A stretch of 64,000 bases of DNA from Camelus dromedarius (GCF_036321535.1 NC_087437.1:26538001-26602000), one strand, 5' to 3'. Counted from the first letter of the stretch, positions 51,285 through 63,821 are shown. Program-made: numbers and translations. Notes: generated by a model not told the origin, from the sequence alone.

Positions 51285-51677
51285 TTTTTCCTTTTTCTTT
51301 TTTTTTTTTTTTTTTACCATCCTAAGCATTTTTATTTATTTATTTATTTATTTTTTATTGAAGTATAGTCAGCTTGCAATGTAGTGTTAATTTTGGGTGT
51401 ACAGCATAGTGATTCAGTTACACACATATATATTCTTTTTCATTGTATTCTATTACAAGGTATTGAATATAGTTCCCTGTGCTATACAGTAGGACCTTGT
51501 TGTTTATTTGTTTTACATATAGTAGTTAGCATCTGCAAATTCCAAACTCCCACTTTATCCCTCCAACCCCTTTCCCGACCCTGATAACCTTAAGTTTGTT
51601 TTCTATGTCTGTGAGTCTGTTTCTGTTTTGTAAATAAGTTCGTTTGTGTCATGTTTTTACTTTCCACATATAAGTGA
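51285..51677 (-). mobile_element. 5'-truncated young L1 with double poly(A) tail and 9-bp TSD
   Basis: TSD TTGAATTCT at 51276-51284 and 51678-51686; two T-rich tails separated by 'accatcctaagca'. Confidence 0.85.
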
Positions 51678-51699
51678 TTGAATTCTAATTTTAAAAGTT

Positions 51700-53160
51700 G
51701 AAATAGTTTGATTGGTTTTTCTAGTTAGAAAAGAATAAAGAATAAAAGCATAAAGTTTAAGAAGACTAGAAAAAATATATAGAGAAGAAATAACAATTAC
51801 CTGTATTTCTAATACTCTAAAATTAAAGCTGATATTTTCATGTATATCCCTTCTGGTCTTTTTTGTGTGTGTGTGCTTGGTTCTTTTTAAAAGTGGAAGT
51901 TTTCAAATTGCTTAATAATGTTAACAATTTTTTTATGTAACTACAAGAAACTCTTTGAATTTCAATATAGTTTTTCTTTCTCTTTCTGGCTTACTTCACT
52001 TAAAATGACGACCTCCATGTCCATCCATATTGAAGCAAATGACATTATTTTATTCTTGTTGTGGCTGAGTAGTATTCCGTTGTATATATGTATACCACAT
52101 CTTCTTTATCCAGTCATCTATTGGGCATTTAGGTTGTTTCCATGTCTTGGCTATTGTAAATTGTGCTGCTGTGAACATTGGGGTGCATGCATCTTTGAAT
52201 TATAGTTTTTTCTGGATATATGCCTAGAAGTGGGATTGCTGGATCATATGCTAAGTCTATTTTTAGTTTTTTAAGGAACCTCCATACTGTCCTCCATAGT
52301 GGCTGCATCAATTTACATTCCCACCATCACTGTAGGAGGGTTCCTTTTTCTCCACACCCTCTCCAGAATTTATTATTTGTAGACTTTTTAATAATGGCCA
52401 TTCTGACTGGTGTGAGGTGATGTCTCATTGTAGTTTTGATTTGCAGTTCTCTTGTAACTAGCAATGTCAAGCATCCTTTCATGTGCCTGTTGGCCATCTG
52501 GATGTCTTCCTTGAAGAGATGTCTTTTTAGGTCTTCTGCCCACTTTCTGATTGGTTGCTTGTTTTTTTGATATTAAGATATATTAGCTGTTTGTATATTT
52601 TGGAAATTAGTCTCTTGTTGGTTGCAATATTTGCAAATATTTCCTCCCATTCTGTAGGTTGTCTTTTTGTTTTGTTGATGGTACCTTAGCTGTGCAAAGC
52701 TTTTAAGTTTAATTAGACTGCATTTGTTTATTTTTGCTTTTATTTCCATTACTCTAGGAGCTGGTTCGAAAAAAATACTGTTGTGATTTAAGCCAAAGAG
52801 TGTTCTGCTTGTGTTTTCCTTTAGGAGTTTTAGAGTATCTAGTCTTATAAATAGGTCTTTAATCCTCCTGGTCTTTAAAGGGGCATTTAAAATTTTTTTA
52901 AAAAGGAAATTATGTCACATGTACTCTTTTATATATATTTTATACATTATATTCAGCAATATAATGAGACTATCTTCCACATCAACATATATAGATCTAA
53001 ATAATAACTTTTAATGACCATTTAAGGGTAGACTAAAATGTATCTAATCAGTCCTGTTGACAAATATTTAACTTCTTTCCATTTTTCAGTTTTGTACACA
53101 ACCCCATCGTGTACCTCTAATTATTTTCTTAAAAGAAATTCCTCAATGTGTGACATTATA
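51700..53160 (-). mobile_element. Ancient L1ME-type 3' fragment split by a young L1
   Basis: Old-L1 antisense at about 51700-51860 resumes at about 52880-53160 ('atcttccacatcaacatatatagatcta'). Confidence 0.5.
51862..52863 (-). mobile_element. Young L1 fragment (ORF2 end/3'UTR start) with atypical 3' segment
   Basis: L1 antisense from about 51966 to 52863 (ORF 52129-52311 is an L1 ORF2 C-terminal peptide); flanks CCTTCTGGTCTTT (51849-51861) / CCTCCTGGTCTTT (52864-52876), TT|AAAG site. Confidence 0.8.
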
Positions 53161-53964
53161 GTTTGTATAGTTGGGTCTGGAAAATTGTATTGATTTTTAG
53201 AGACAAAATCTGCAGGTGTTCATTGTGAAAACAGAAGAAAATAGAGTGATAAGCAAAACGAAGGTAAACTAACTCACAATTCCACCCCCCAGAGATAAAC
53301 TACAGGTAGGTTTCCATGGCATTCCCTCCTGGAGTTGACAGAACACTCATTGTAGCATTCCGATCATTTCTTTCTATTTTCCTGTTTGCCCAAGTGGTTG
53401 AAATTTTATCCTCACTAGATGCCTTTACACTTTATTCATTATTACTGTTTTTCTTTCCAGCTTATATATTAGGTGTCCCAGCAAAATCAAGGTTAATCTG
53501 ACATGATATGTAAGAAAGGATTGAGAGGGAAAGCCATACCTCTGCTGCTCTAGTCTTGTGATCTATATATTTAAAACTTTTTTTTTCTTTTCTTTTTTTT
53601 TTTCAGCTTCAGGCTCCTGCCTTGGAAACTGGGTATGGTGCCACAGGGCTGTGTCACCTTCCTCCAGACACACAGAGTTCAGCACACTGCGATCTTGTGT
53701 TAGGAACTTCCCATCTGCCCACATCATCAGCTTTTTGAGCAAATGACTTCTCTCTGGGTTATTCCATCTCTTTCCTGTTCTCATTCAATGCCTCCCCATC
53801 ACCCAGGACTGTATTAGGGAGCACCTCGAGTTCAAGCAGCCTCTCTCCCTCTTCTTTAGATTTCACTCTGCATAGCACAGTGTCTGCCTTATAGCAGCTG
53901 CTTAAATAATCAAATTTTGAATCAAATTATCCACCAGAATATTAAGAGTAGGACAATGAGAGAA

Positions 53965-54195
53965 ATTGGAAAGGATGACTTTCCTGGGCCTTAGGCACTT
54001 TTGCCTTCCTGGGGTCTTTCCTCCACTTAAAAAAAGGATTTAAAATTATATTTTCCAATTGCCTTGGTATAAAAATTAATTTAATCCAGGCTGGTTTTAT
54101 TATTACCTATTTATTATTATTTTATTCTTTTTTCTTCTGACTTTAAAATAAAGAAAACATTTTCATCGGCATTGCGCTTGATGGATAAGGTGCCC
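53965..54195 (-). mobile_element. ORSL-like hAT-Tip100 MITE
   Basis: 'gggccttaggcacttttgccttc...aatccaggctgg...ttcttctgactttaaaataaagaaaacatttt'; reverse complement aligns with 11755-11990. Confidence 0.65.
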
Positions 54196-54879
54196 ATCTG
54201 TGTTTTGGAAGTTAAGGGCAAAATGATGTGATTCTAGAGGGGAAATTCTCCTTCTGGGATTGGCCGGGTTTTCCACTTTCGTGCTGGTTACTGAGAGTCT
54301 GCTATGGTCAGAGGAGTCTGCTTATGTATTTTATGCTTATATAATCATCCACCAGCCCTCTGTGTTAATTTCTGCAGTTATTTCTCATTTTACAGAAAAA
54401 GTAACCAGGGTATACCGGGACGAAATTAAAGGTAAAGTCATATGGTTAATAAGTGGTGGGACTGGGATTGCACAAATATTTCTTGAGCATCTGCTGTGTG
54501 CCAGGCACCATCCCGGACACTGGGGAATTGCAGTGAGCAAAGCGAAGTCCCTGCTTTTGTAAAGCTTCATTCTCAGTGTGATTCCAAGGCCTTTGCACTT
54601 AACTCCTGGGCCACAAGGCGTGTGTGGAAGCTTCTTCCATTCTGGTGGCTGAGGTTTTATAAGTGGTGAGAAGCTCTGTGTCTTGTGGATGGACAGTCAA
54701 AACCCTGGCCAGAATTTCACCTGCCTCTCTGCCTCTGCATCTGACATTATGTGGCAGCTACTCATTCCCATGGACTCAAAGGCTCTTCCACTGGGAATCC
54801 CTCCCTTTTCTCCATGGACCCTACCCTGCCTTGGCTAAGACTAGCCTGACTCCTGTCCCCGTCAGTGCCAGCTTAGTCT

Positions 54880-55750
54880 TCCACAGTTGTCTGTCTCACT
54901 GGTGCTGCCAGAGAGAGCTCCATGAGACGCACATCTGGGTCAGGTCCTTATCCCTGTTTAAGACCCTCCATAGCTCCCAGCTGCCCTCAGGATAAAGACT
55001 CTATTCTCCAACCTGGCCCGTCAGACCTATTCTCATGTGGCTCCTGCTGCCTCCAGCCTCACCTCATTTCCCTTCTTTTTTCCTCCCCTGCTCACCACCT
55101 TCCATCCCTAGTGAATTAATTAACTGCCATTCTCTCATTAGTCAACTCTAATTGAGCACCTACTATGTGCCCTGCTTTGTGCAGCATGCCTGAGGATAAA
55201 GAATAAGACCCAGCCCTTGATCTTTAGAAGCCTGGAGCCTGAACCGCTGTGCCTTCTGTGAGTGGGATGAAACTGCAGAAGAGGACAGGGTACTATGGGA
55301 GTCCTGGACACAGCGATGACACCTCACCCCAGAGAGAGGAGAGCTGGTCCCTGCGAGCAGGTGGGTAAAGTCAAAAGCTTCCCTTGGGAGGATGAGGGCG
55401 AGCCTAGAGAACAAAGTGGGGGAGGTGGAGTGATGAAGGCAGAGGGAGCTCCGTGAGGGACAGTCGGGGGGGAGCCCCGACTGGGAGCACCAGGTTCAGT
55501 CTGGCTGGAGCAGATGACAAGTAGGCAGGGCCAGATCCTCGGGACCTGTAAGGTCCAGGAGTCTGCATTTACCCTGAAGGTTATGGGGAGGGTTGTTAGC
55601 ACAGATATGAGAATGATAGCAAAGCTGGTATAGTAATGGAGGCGAGAAATTATGAAGGTGGCGGAGATGGAGAGAAGTGGGCAGGTTGGAGAGATGATAA
55701 GGGAGTAGAAAGAACTGGGCTCAGTGTCCAAATGGATGTTGGGGCGAAGG
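54880..55750. mobile_element. L2 fragments (+ about 54880-55100; - about 55130-55750)
   Basis: 'tgtttaagaccctccatagctccc...gataaagact'; 'attgagcacctactatgtgcc', 'ggcagggccagatc'. Confidence 0.65.
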
Positions 55751-55907
55751 AGAAGGAGAGTGCAGGCATCATTCCCTGTGACCTCTCTTCCCCCATGTCT
55801 TTGCATCGGCTGCTTATTGCTTCTGATTGGACTGTTCCCCCCAAATAAGTCTGCTCACCACTGCCACTCAGCTCAGGTGTCACCTCTCCCTGGAAGCCTT
55901 CCATAAC

Positions 55908-56360
55908 TGTCAGAATCCAGCAGGAAGGAGATGGCATGTCATCATTAAGCAATTAGGGGAATAAGAGAAGGGACCAGTTACAAAGGTGTGAGCAGAGTTT
56001 AAGAAAACCAGCAGGTGATGGAGCAGCACCCATGGCTAGTAGTACTGTTACCATCCCAGAGGTTAGAAAGGGCCAGGGAAGAGAAGGTTTCTAGAACCCC
56101 AAGGAAAGAGTTGTGTGGCCAGGGCTACCTGGCAAGAGCTGCATCCTTCAGAGGGGTGGATATAGCCAGTCTGCAGTGATCCCGAGAGGACAACTCCCAG
56201 AGAGACTTAACACCCGAGCCTTATTCTTTCCCTTCTGCTCATCTTTCACCAAGGCTCCCCATTGGCCAAATCCACCTGGAAGCAGCAGGCATGGGGTCCC
56301 ATTGATGTGGTCTCTGTGAGCCAGCCGCAGGGTACAGAGAGGATGGAGAGTGGACCAGTG
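55908..56360 (-). mobile_element. LTR16-like ERVL LTR
   Basis: 'ccagcaggaaggagatggca...ctccccattggccaaatccacctggaagc...cccattgatgtggtc...ggatggagagtgga'. Confidence 0.65.
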
Positions 56361-58069
56361 TGTGAAGACACCCACAGCGCTGCCCCTGACCACCCCCAGC
56401 CCCAGTCTCGGTCAGCAGCCTCTCCCGTTATCTCCTGCGACACCCTGCGATCCTCGCCATCACAGCACTACTCAGGCCCCCCATCCCCACACACACTAGA
56501 CAGTGAGCTTCTTGGGGGACACCTGCCACATCTTATCCATCTTGGTATCTTTCAGGCCTCGCACGGAGCCTGGCACAGAGTAAGGGCTCCATAAATATTG
56601 AATAAATAAGGATCCACCTTATCAAATGCCAGTTTCATATAGAAAGTAAATTTCTTAATCTATTATCAGCTCAGACGCCTCAGGGTGGTTTATGACAAGA
56701 AGGGACACGTTTCAGCATTAGAAGTTTGAAGTTAATGTCCCCAGAGGACATGTGCTTCCTCGTTTTATTCTTGTCTTGGTGGATCAGTGTGTCGCCAGTC
56801 AACAAGCACACAGCAGCCTCCCCTGGCGGGAGGCAGAATTCCTACCTGAAATGAACACGCGTCGGTGATTCATTTTCTTTTTGTAACAAAGCTAACGCAA
56901 AGCAGCTGAAAGCGGTGACAACATTATTTCATGCAAAGTATGGTATAGGACGGATCAAACAGAAAGGTGTGCTGGGAAATGCACCAGGTAAAGGCAGCAA
57001 CACAGAGCTCACAGCTGTCTGCAACTCGGTTGTGTTTACGGAATGACAGTGCAGCCATAAGGGCAGGAGCAGGATGACAGAGTTGCAGACCCCGGCAGCT
57101 CTCCTGTGGGTCCAGGCTTCTCCATTGTCACAGCCATCCCAGGTCGCCTCCTCTTACAAGCTGTCCTGTACTGAGGAACTAGGGGAAACTATTCTGGCAG
57201 CAATTTTCATCCCATCATATTATTCTCTAGCTTAACGTTCAAACTCTTTTGATAAGCATCTCCCACTCCACCCTTAGTAATGGAACACATCCTCCTGTAA
57301 TTGGTTCTCCATCGCGCACCTACAGCTCCTCTCACTGAATGCTGTTAAATGCAAACCATCTGTCTTCACTTTGTTGTGAATTCCCGCCACTTCCCATACC
57401 TAGTAGGCACTGGTAGGGGATTTCTGATTAAAAATGTACCTACTCCACACAGGTCACAAATGTAGCTCCCCCCTAGCCCCTTGCTAAAAGTTGATGGCAG
57501 CACTGTGTAATGACATGGCTTCTTCTCCATTCAGCCACTAATCCTGTAGATGGATAATTTTGTTCTTGCCCCCACTAAGCCTGGAGAGCTCTGCACGCCG
57601 TGGAAAATCAGAAGTGTTGCCAGCTTGCTACCTGATTCCTCTCTGCCTCCAAACACAATGCAAAACAAGCTCCTGTTTCTAGGCTGCATATTAATAGAGA
57701 TTGCTGTTCAACTTCAGAAATGTCCTTGGCACAGAACATACGAGCCGACCAGTCATGGGAGTCCTCTCTCTCCATCTTACAGGGCCACGGCCGAGATCTT
57801 GGTGACCGTGTTCGGGAAGCCCACAGTGGAGTGACTCTGCCTGTCCTGATTGCCCGGGTGAAGGAGGGAGGAAACGTTCCCTAATCAGTCCCCAGAACCT
57901 GGAGCCAGACCCATAGGGATTCATGGATTCACTCCATGTCTCCTTCTCTGAGAGCCAACTGCCGGGCAGGGCGGCCATCTTACACAACTCTACATACGGC
58001 GCTCCCTGGGGTTGTCAAATGTGGGGACCCAGTGCCAAGCACTGTCTTGAACATAGCAAGGCCACTGGC

Positions 58070-58452
58070 TGTGCTGCTCGCCTTTGTTCCTTCAGATGCA
58101 TCCTCCATCCACCGCCCCTCTCCCCTGCTCTGTGTCCCAGGAAGCAGGCCAGTATGCCTGGCATCAACTCTCTTGCCCTCCAACTTCCCACTGGCAGGGG
58201 ATTAGGAGGAGGGGAGTGACAGCAAACCTGCCTCCCTGCCAGGTTGCTGTGAGTTTGCACAAAGGCTTCAGCCCCCCATCAGGCAGCCCAGCCCTCTCCA
58301 CTCAGCTCCCTTCTGAGTTCCAGCGAGCACTCTGATTGCCCCACGTCTCTGGCCCCAGGGTACCATGCTCTCCCTTGCTGCCCTCATCTTTCTGAATGGT
58401 CCCTCTATTAAACTCTTTTAATTTGACTCAGTTCAAGCGTGCCATTACTGAT
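58070..58452 (+). mobile_element. LTR16-like ERVL LTR
   Basis: 'cccctgctctgtgtcccaggaagc...cttgccctccaacttccc...ccctctattaaactct'. Confidence 0.6.
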
Positions 58453-58469
58453 TTATTGCTGTAATCCTG

Positions 58470-58912
58470 ACCCATAGAGTGGTAAGGAAGACAGAGCTTA
58501 ACAGTGAAGAAGAGACAGGCGACCAGCATGTTTGTAAATATAATGCATATAATTTCAGGTAGTGATAAGGGCTAAAAAAAAAAAAAAAAAAAAGAGGAAA
58601 ATTGGGTAATGGGATGAAGAGGGCCTGGGGAGGAATGTACTTCCTAGAGTGGCCTGGAAAGGCCTTTCTGAAGAGGTGACCTCTGACAAACACCATAAAG
58701 ATGAGAATGAGGCAACTGCGCCTACATGGAGAAAGAACATTCCAGAAGAGCAGATGCAAAGGGCCCGAAATGGAAAAGAGTTTGAATAGAATAGAACCTG
58801 GCAGACCAGAGGAGAGTAGTAGGAGATGAGGTCAGGGAGGGAGGGCATAAGGGAGTCTGGGTTTTATCCTCAGGGCACTGAGAAGTCATGATAGAATTTG
58901 GGGCAGGGGAGT
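58470..58912 (-). mobile_element. L2 fragment
   Basis: 'caggtagtgataagggct', 'gaaaggcctttctgaagaggtgac', 'gaacattccagaagagcagatgcaaagggccc'. Confidence 0.75.
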
Positions 58913-60129
58913 TGTAATGGCCACTGTCCTTACAGAAATCAGATTAAACCGTGCACAGGTTTAGCTTAAGAGAACACGATGAAAGGACATTCACATAGGT
59001 ATGGGTGGGGTTAGGGAACGATTAAAGGGAAGCTTGTGGGAACTAGCAACAGAGAGAAGCTGTTAGCAGCCCCACGCCTGAAGGGGACAAGGAGCTGTCA
59101 CTGGCGTCTGGGAAGTGAAGGAGCCAGGAAAGAGGGGCCACGGCCAGGAGCTGTATCAGTCGGTGACTTCCAGAGGCCGTTAGGAAGGTTTGGAGGGTGG
59201 AGAAGGAGGCACGTCAGAGGAGGGTGGATGACACAGGAGTTCTGACTTAGCAGGACGACTGAGCACTCAGCCACCTGCACATCTGATGTGAAGTAGAGAA
59301 GCTGGGAAGAAGGAATTTCCTCTTCCGCTGATGACCCCAGTTCCAACGTGTGTCAGCAAATCCTAACGGTTTTCATCAACATGAACACCTCCAGGGCTCC
59401 ACCAGGCAACTGGGAGGTTCGGGGGAAGGCAAGAGCAAGATGTGGGGACTGAGGTAAAGGGGGCTGCCAGCCCACAGAAGGGCTGCCGATGGACAGCCTG
59501 AACGCAGGAGAGCTGTCTGGGACCTGGAGCCAGCCCGCAGTTTCCAGGATGATTTATTCGGTCAGCTTCCCAGGCGTGCAAAACTTTCCCAAGTCCTTTT
59601 ATTGTTGCACTCCCACGGTGGCATGGGGGCCAGGAAAGCCCATCAGGTGCCTATTTGGGCTGAACAAAGGCCTCACTGCCTTGCACCTGCTCACGCTGAG
59701 GGGCATGCATTAGCTGGCTGGTCCAGGCCGGCAAAAAGAGATGGCTTCCCACCCTCTGCTCCGAAGTGTAGAGAAACATGGAGTTCTAAGTGAGACTCAA
59801 TTCTAGGGGAAAAAAACACTTTGGGGGTTACTCGGAGAAAGTAAATATCCCCTCTTCTGGTTTCTGTTTCATGGTAAGGTACAGCTGGAAAAAAACAACA
59901 AAGAGGGCATTGCCCTCTTAAGAAGTCTCAGCTGCCTCCCACTGATATTAATCTTATCCAGTGGTTTCCAAATGTTTTTAGCAGCACAATTCTTTTGCAA
60001 ACAAAATCTGCCACAGAATCTTAATGTAAAACACAGACAACATCCTAGTGGCCATTGCCGAGACACGCCCACAGCCCTGATTTCCAGCCAGCTGAGCGTG
60101 ATCTTCCCAACTAGGCATGTGTGTGGAAG

Positions 60130-60465
60130 TGAGGATTATTGAGGTATAATCTGCATACAGTAAACTTCATCCTTTTAAGGGGTACAGTTGAGTTTTGATA
60201 CAGTCTTGTAATAGCACCACAATCCAGACACAGGACAGCTCCATCACGCCCCCAGCTCCCTCTTGCCCCTTTGTAGTCCATCCCTTCGCCTCTCCCCCAT
60301 TCCCTGCAACCACTGATCTGATTTCTGTCCCTGAAGCTTTGCTTTTCCAGAATGTCACACAGATGGAGTCCTGCAGTATGTGCCCTTTGGTGTCGGGCTT
60401 CTCCCACTCAGCCTAATGCTTTTGAGGGTCATCGTATCAGTAATTTGCTCTCCTTTATCGCCAAG
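60130..60465 (-). mobile_element. L1MB-type 3' end
   Basis: 'attgaggtataatctgcatacagtaaa...caaccactgatctgatttctgtccct...ttttccagaatgtcacac'. Confidence 0.8.
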
Positions 60466-61034
60466 GAGAAGTCTATTGTTCTTGCCTGGTTTTCAGGGCT
60501 GTCCTTCTGACTCTTTTCTGCATAGCATGTAAAGTCTTCCATTCAAATAATTTTCTTTCTTCCTTAAAATACTGAGATTGAAACCCTGGTAACAGCATGG
60601 AGGGAACACGTGCAGAGTGGGGCTGTTTGAACCCAGAAGTGTCATCAGTGTGCCACACTGCTACGTGAGACCTGTCACTCACCAAGCTGGCTCTCTTAGT
60701 TTCCAGAGTACCTCCGACTCTCCCCAGGACAAGAATTCCTTGGAATTTTTAAATCAAAGCCAGGGAATACTGCTTGCCTCGTTTTTTCCTTTTTTTCCAC
60801 TTAAATTATAATTAGCAGACAAATTCTTAAGCCAGGGAAAGAATACAAGGGAATATATTTGTTCAGAAAGCAACATTGGCTGCTAAAGGTCTTCAGGACA
60901 AAGCTATGTGGCCCAAAGACAAATCCACACAAAAACTGCAACCCAAAAACTTCGACTTTGGCCACTGATCATTTGACCACACAGTTGCAAGAATCTTTTG
61001 GATTTTCAATCCTGCCATCTAATAAATAGCTTTT

Positions 61035-61123
61035 TTAAAAAAGAAATTTTTTTTTAATTGAAGTGTAGTCAATTACCAAAGTTGTGTTAGTTTCTGGTGT
61101 AGAGCACAGTGATTCAGTTATAC

Positions 61124-61154
<31 letters not shown>

Positions 61155-61310
61155 TGTATGTATGTATGTATGCATATATATTCCTTTTCCTATTATTTTT
61201 CATTATAGGCTGTTATAAGATATTGACTATAGTTCCCTGCACTTGTTGTTTATTTTATACACAGTAGTTAGTATCTGCAAATCCCGAATTCCCATTTTAT
61301 CCCTCCCCCC
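61035..61310 (-). mobile_element. L1 3' end, the L1 moiety of a U6/L1 chimera
   Basis: Poly-T plus artiodactyl L1 3'UTR antisense, abutting U6 sequence; shares one TSD with it. Confidence 0.9.
61125..61172. repeat. (TATG)12 microsatellite inside the L1 3'UTR
   Basis: Directly visible. Confidence 0.95.
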
Positions 61311-61387
61311 AAAATATGGAACTCCTCATGAGTTTGGGTGTCATCCTCGCACAGGGGCATGCTAATCTTCTTTGTATCATTCCAATT
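61311..61387 (-). pseudogene. RNU6: U6 snRNA processed pseudogene (U6 nt about 29 to 3' end) fused to L1
   Basis: Minus strand reads AATTGGAATGATACAAAGAAGATTAGCATG-CCCCTGTGCGAGGATGACACCCAAACTCATGAGGAGTTCCATATTTT, about 10 differences from the canonical U6 sequence as I recall it; ACAGAGA box mutated to ACAAAGA. Confidence 0.95.
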
Positions 61388-62853
61388 AACAAATAGCTTT
61401 TGGTCCTCTCTCAAAGACCACACCTCTTGCCTACCATCTCAAAGACTTGGGTGTTCTGCTCTGGAGTTTAGACCTTACATTCTAGTCAATGGGAACAAGC
61501 AAAGGGCTTCAGGTAGAGGAGGTTCAGTGTGCATTCTGGAGATTCCTCTACTATCCAAGCTAGGGAAACCTGTCAGAGGGTTCTGCCAGGGGTCAGGAGA
61601 GAGATCAGGTGTCAGCAAGACGATGGAGAAGAAAGAATTCATCTCAGAGACACGTGGGATGCAGAATTGACAAGAGTCTGGAAGAAGGGTGAGAGAAAGG
61701 AAGGTGTGAACATCTTTTAGCTACTCTAGTAACACTGAGACTATAGGTGTCATTATGTCCATTTTGCAGATGACAAAACTGAGCTTAATGAGGTTAAATT
61801 AACTTATATGAGTTTACACAGCTAACAGGATGGAAATCATCCCATTACTGCACTCAGGCATGTGAGATAGTGAGAAACGCATTTAAGGGATTATGGGAAA
61901 CAACCTTTAAAAAAATAAGAAACTTGCTTTGGGAAGAGTATCCTTGAGTCTTTGAAGAGCAGTGTTTGAGCACTTACCACCAGAGACCTCAGTGGAATGA
62001 GCAGATTTTTAGTGGGTTTGCCCAGTTCTCATTCTCCTCACTCATCCTCTTTTGCTTTGTCCTTCCTCTTGCATCTGGGAAAGACAGATTTGTATAATAA
62101 CATGAGAGCATTTGAGAGCATTTCAGCAAAGCCTGCTGCCAGCTGCCTTTTCTGACACAGACACATCCCCCAACATCATTTTATCCCTTTTGGGTAAGTG
62201 GCCTCCTCCCCATTTCCCAACTGCTTCGGAGATAAAAGAAGGCAGTGAGAGATTTATCCTTTTCCCCATAATATTGTGGCTATAATTTAAAGCTGCCATA
62301 ACTCATGTATAGAACTGTGACCATAATACCATGGAAAAAGCCATCATTCAAACCCCAAAGGAAGAAATGTAGAGTCCTGTTTCTTTCAGCTGTAAATTGC
62401 CTCAAAACCCACAGACAGCTGCGGGTATAACCAGACAATGGAAACTAAGGTTTGGACAGTTATCCATGACAAATTGTTTTTTTTTTTTTTCCCTCACTTT
62501 TTCCACATCTTCACTAGAATTAAAATAGTTTTCTGTTATTGGAAGGTGACCAGGACTAGATCCATACTGGGCTAGTACATGACTCTCCAAGTTTGGGGGA
62601 TGCCCTAAAAGATTCTTAGAACTGGATTAAATGTGCAGGTAACGAAGCCTGGTCAAGCTGAGTTGGGGTAGTTAGACTAGTTATGTGAGGATACCGGCCA
62701 TGAGTCTTCTGGGGACCATGGTGTCTATTTTTCTTTTGTTTCTAGGGTGGGATGTTCCAGACCAGTAATTTCTCCTACCCTGTTGTGATCCATGCTTTCC
62801 AGCAGTGGTTAAGCATAACAGCCTATGCTATGGTTAAAACTCACTACTCTAAT

Positions 62854-63014
62854 AGATAAACAACAAGGCCCTACTGTATAGCACAGGGAACCATGTTTAA
62901 TATCTTACAATTACCTATAATGAAAAACAATATATATATGTATGCCTGAATCACTATGCTGCATTCCAGAAAGCAACACAACATTGTAAATCAACTATTT
63001 GTCAATAAAAAACA
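62854..63014 (+). mobile_element. Short L1 3' end with 18-bp TSD
   Basis: TSD AAAACTCACTACTCTAAT (62836-62853) / AAAACTCACTGCCCTAAT (63015-63032); canonical TT|AAAA site. Confidence 0.9.
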
Positions 63015-63149
63015 AAAACTCACTGCCCTAATCATTCTCTAGTGAGCTCACGTAGGAGAGCATGAATCCCCTAACGTCTGCTCCCCACATGTCCTACCAC
63101 AGCAGCTCTGTCCAATATGCATACTTATACGTGGGTACGAGCACAGCTT

Positions 63150-63340
63150 ATGCATCTGGAACATTCTAGATACTTTGTGCTCACTATATTATCTCATTTA
63201 ATCCTCACCATGACCCTAAATTAGAGATTATCATTCCCACTTTGTAGCTGAGGAAATTAAGTCATCAAGTGACTCAGAGATTAAGCAGAAGAAAACTTCT
63301 AACCCAGGTCAATGGAACTCATCAAGCCAATGCTCTTTCC
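63150..63340 (-). mobile_element. MIR SINE
   Basis: 'ttatctcatttaatcctcac...cccactttgtagctgaggaaatt'. Confidence 0.8.
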
Positions 63341-63686
63341 ACACCTGGTTCACAGTTCTTTTAGAAGCTAAGATGTCTATGTCCTCCATTAGAAAAAGGA
63401 GGACAAAATTCTCATAGATGCTACTGAATGTATGAACCTCTAAATCAAATAGTACCTAAATATTTCTGAGATGTCATTTACTTTTAGAAGTTAATACTTT
63501 CCTATTCTTAGGTTTATGCCTTTAGGCTTGTGAGTTCAGGTCCTAGGGTTGAATGGCTTGAAGTCAGTCCCAGCTGTCACTTCTTACCAGTGTGACTTTG
63601 GGTAATAAAGTCAATAACCTCTCTTTGCCTCAGTTTTCTCATCTTAGAATGAAGACTCTAAGTAGTATATACTTTATAGGGTGGGG

Positions 63687-63821
63687 TTTTTTTTAAATTT
63701 TGGGGGGAAGGGAGGAGGTAATTAGGTTTATTTATTTAATTTTTAATGGAGGTTCTGGGGATTGAACCCAGGACCTTGCACATGCTAAGCATGTACTCTA
63801 CCACTGAGCTACCCTCCTCCC
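63687..63821 (-). mobile_element. Camelid tRNA-derived SINE (Vic-1-like) inserted in a MIR (about 63540-63860)
   Basis: Minus strand GGGAGGAGGGTAGCTCAGTGGTAGAG (A box)...GGTTCAATCCCC (B box)...AAATAAACCTAATTACCTCC. Confidence 0.9.

Noticed and set aside
134..62590. Short ORFs in the six-frame track as protein-coding genes
   Set aside because: No recognisable domains or coherent exon chain; many start at non-ATG codons or lie inside repeats; typical of non-coding mammalian DNA
63745..63821. tRNA gene
   Set aside because: The tRNA-like head is followed by a SINE body and tail and has a second diverged copy at 13.4 kb; it is a SINE
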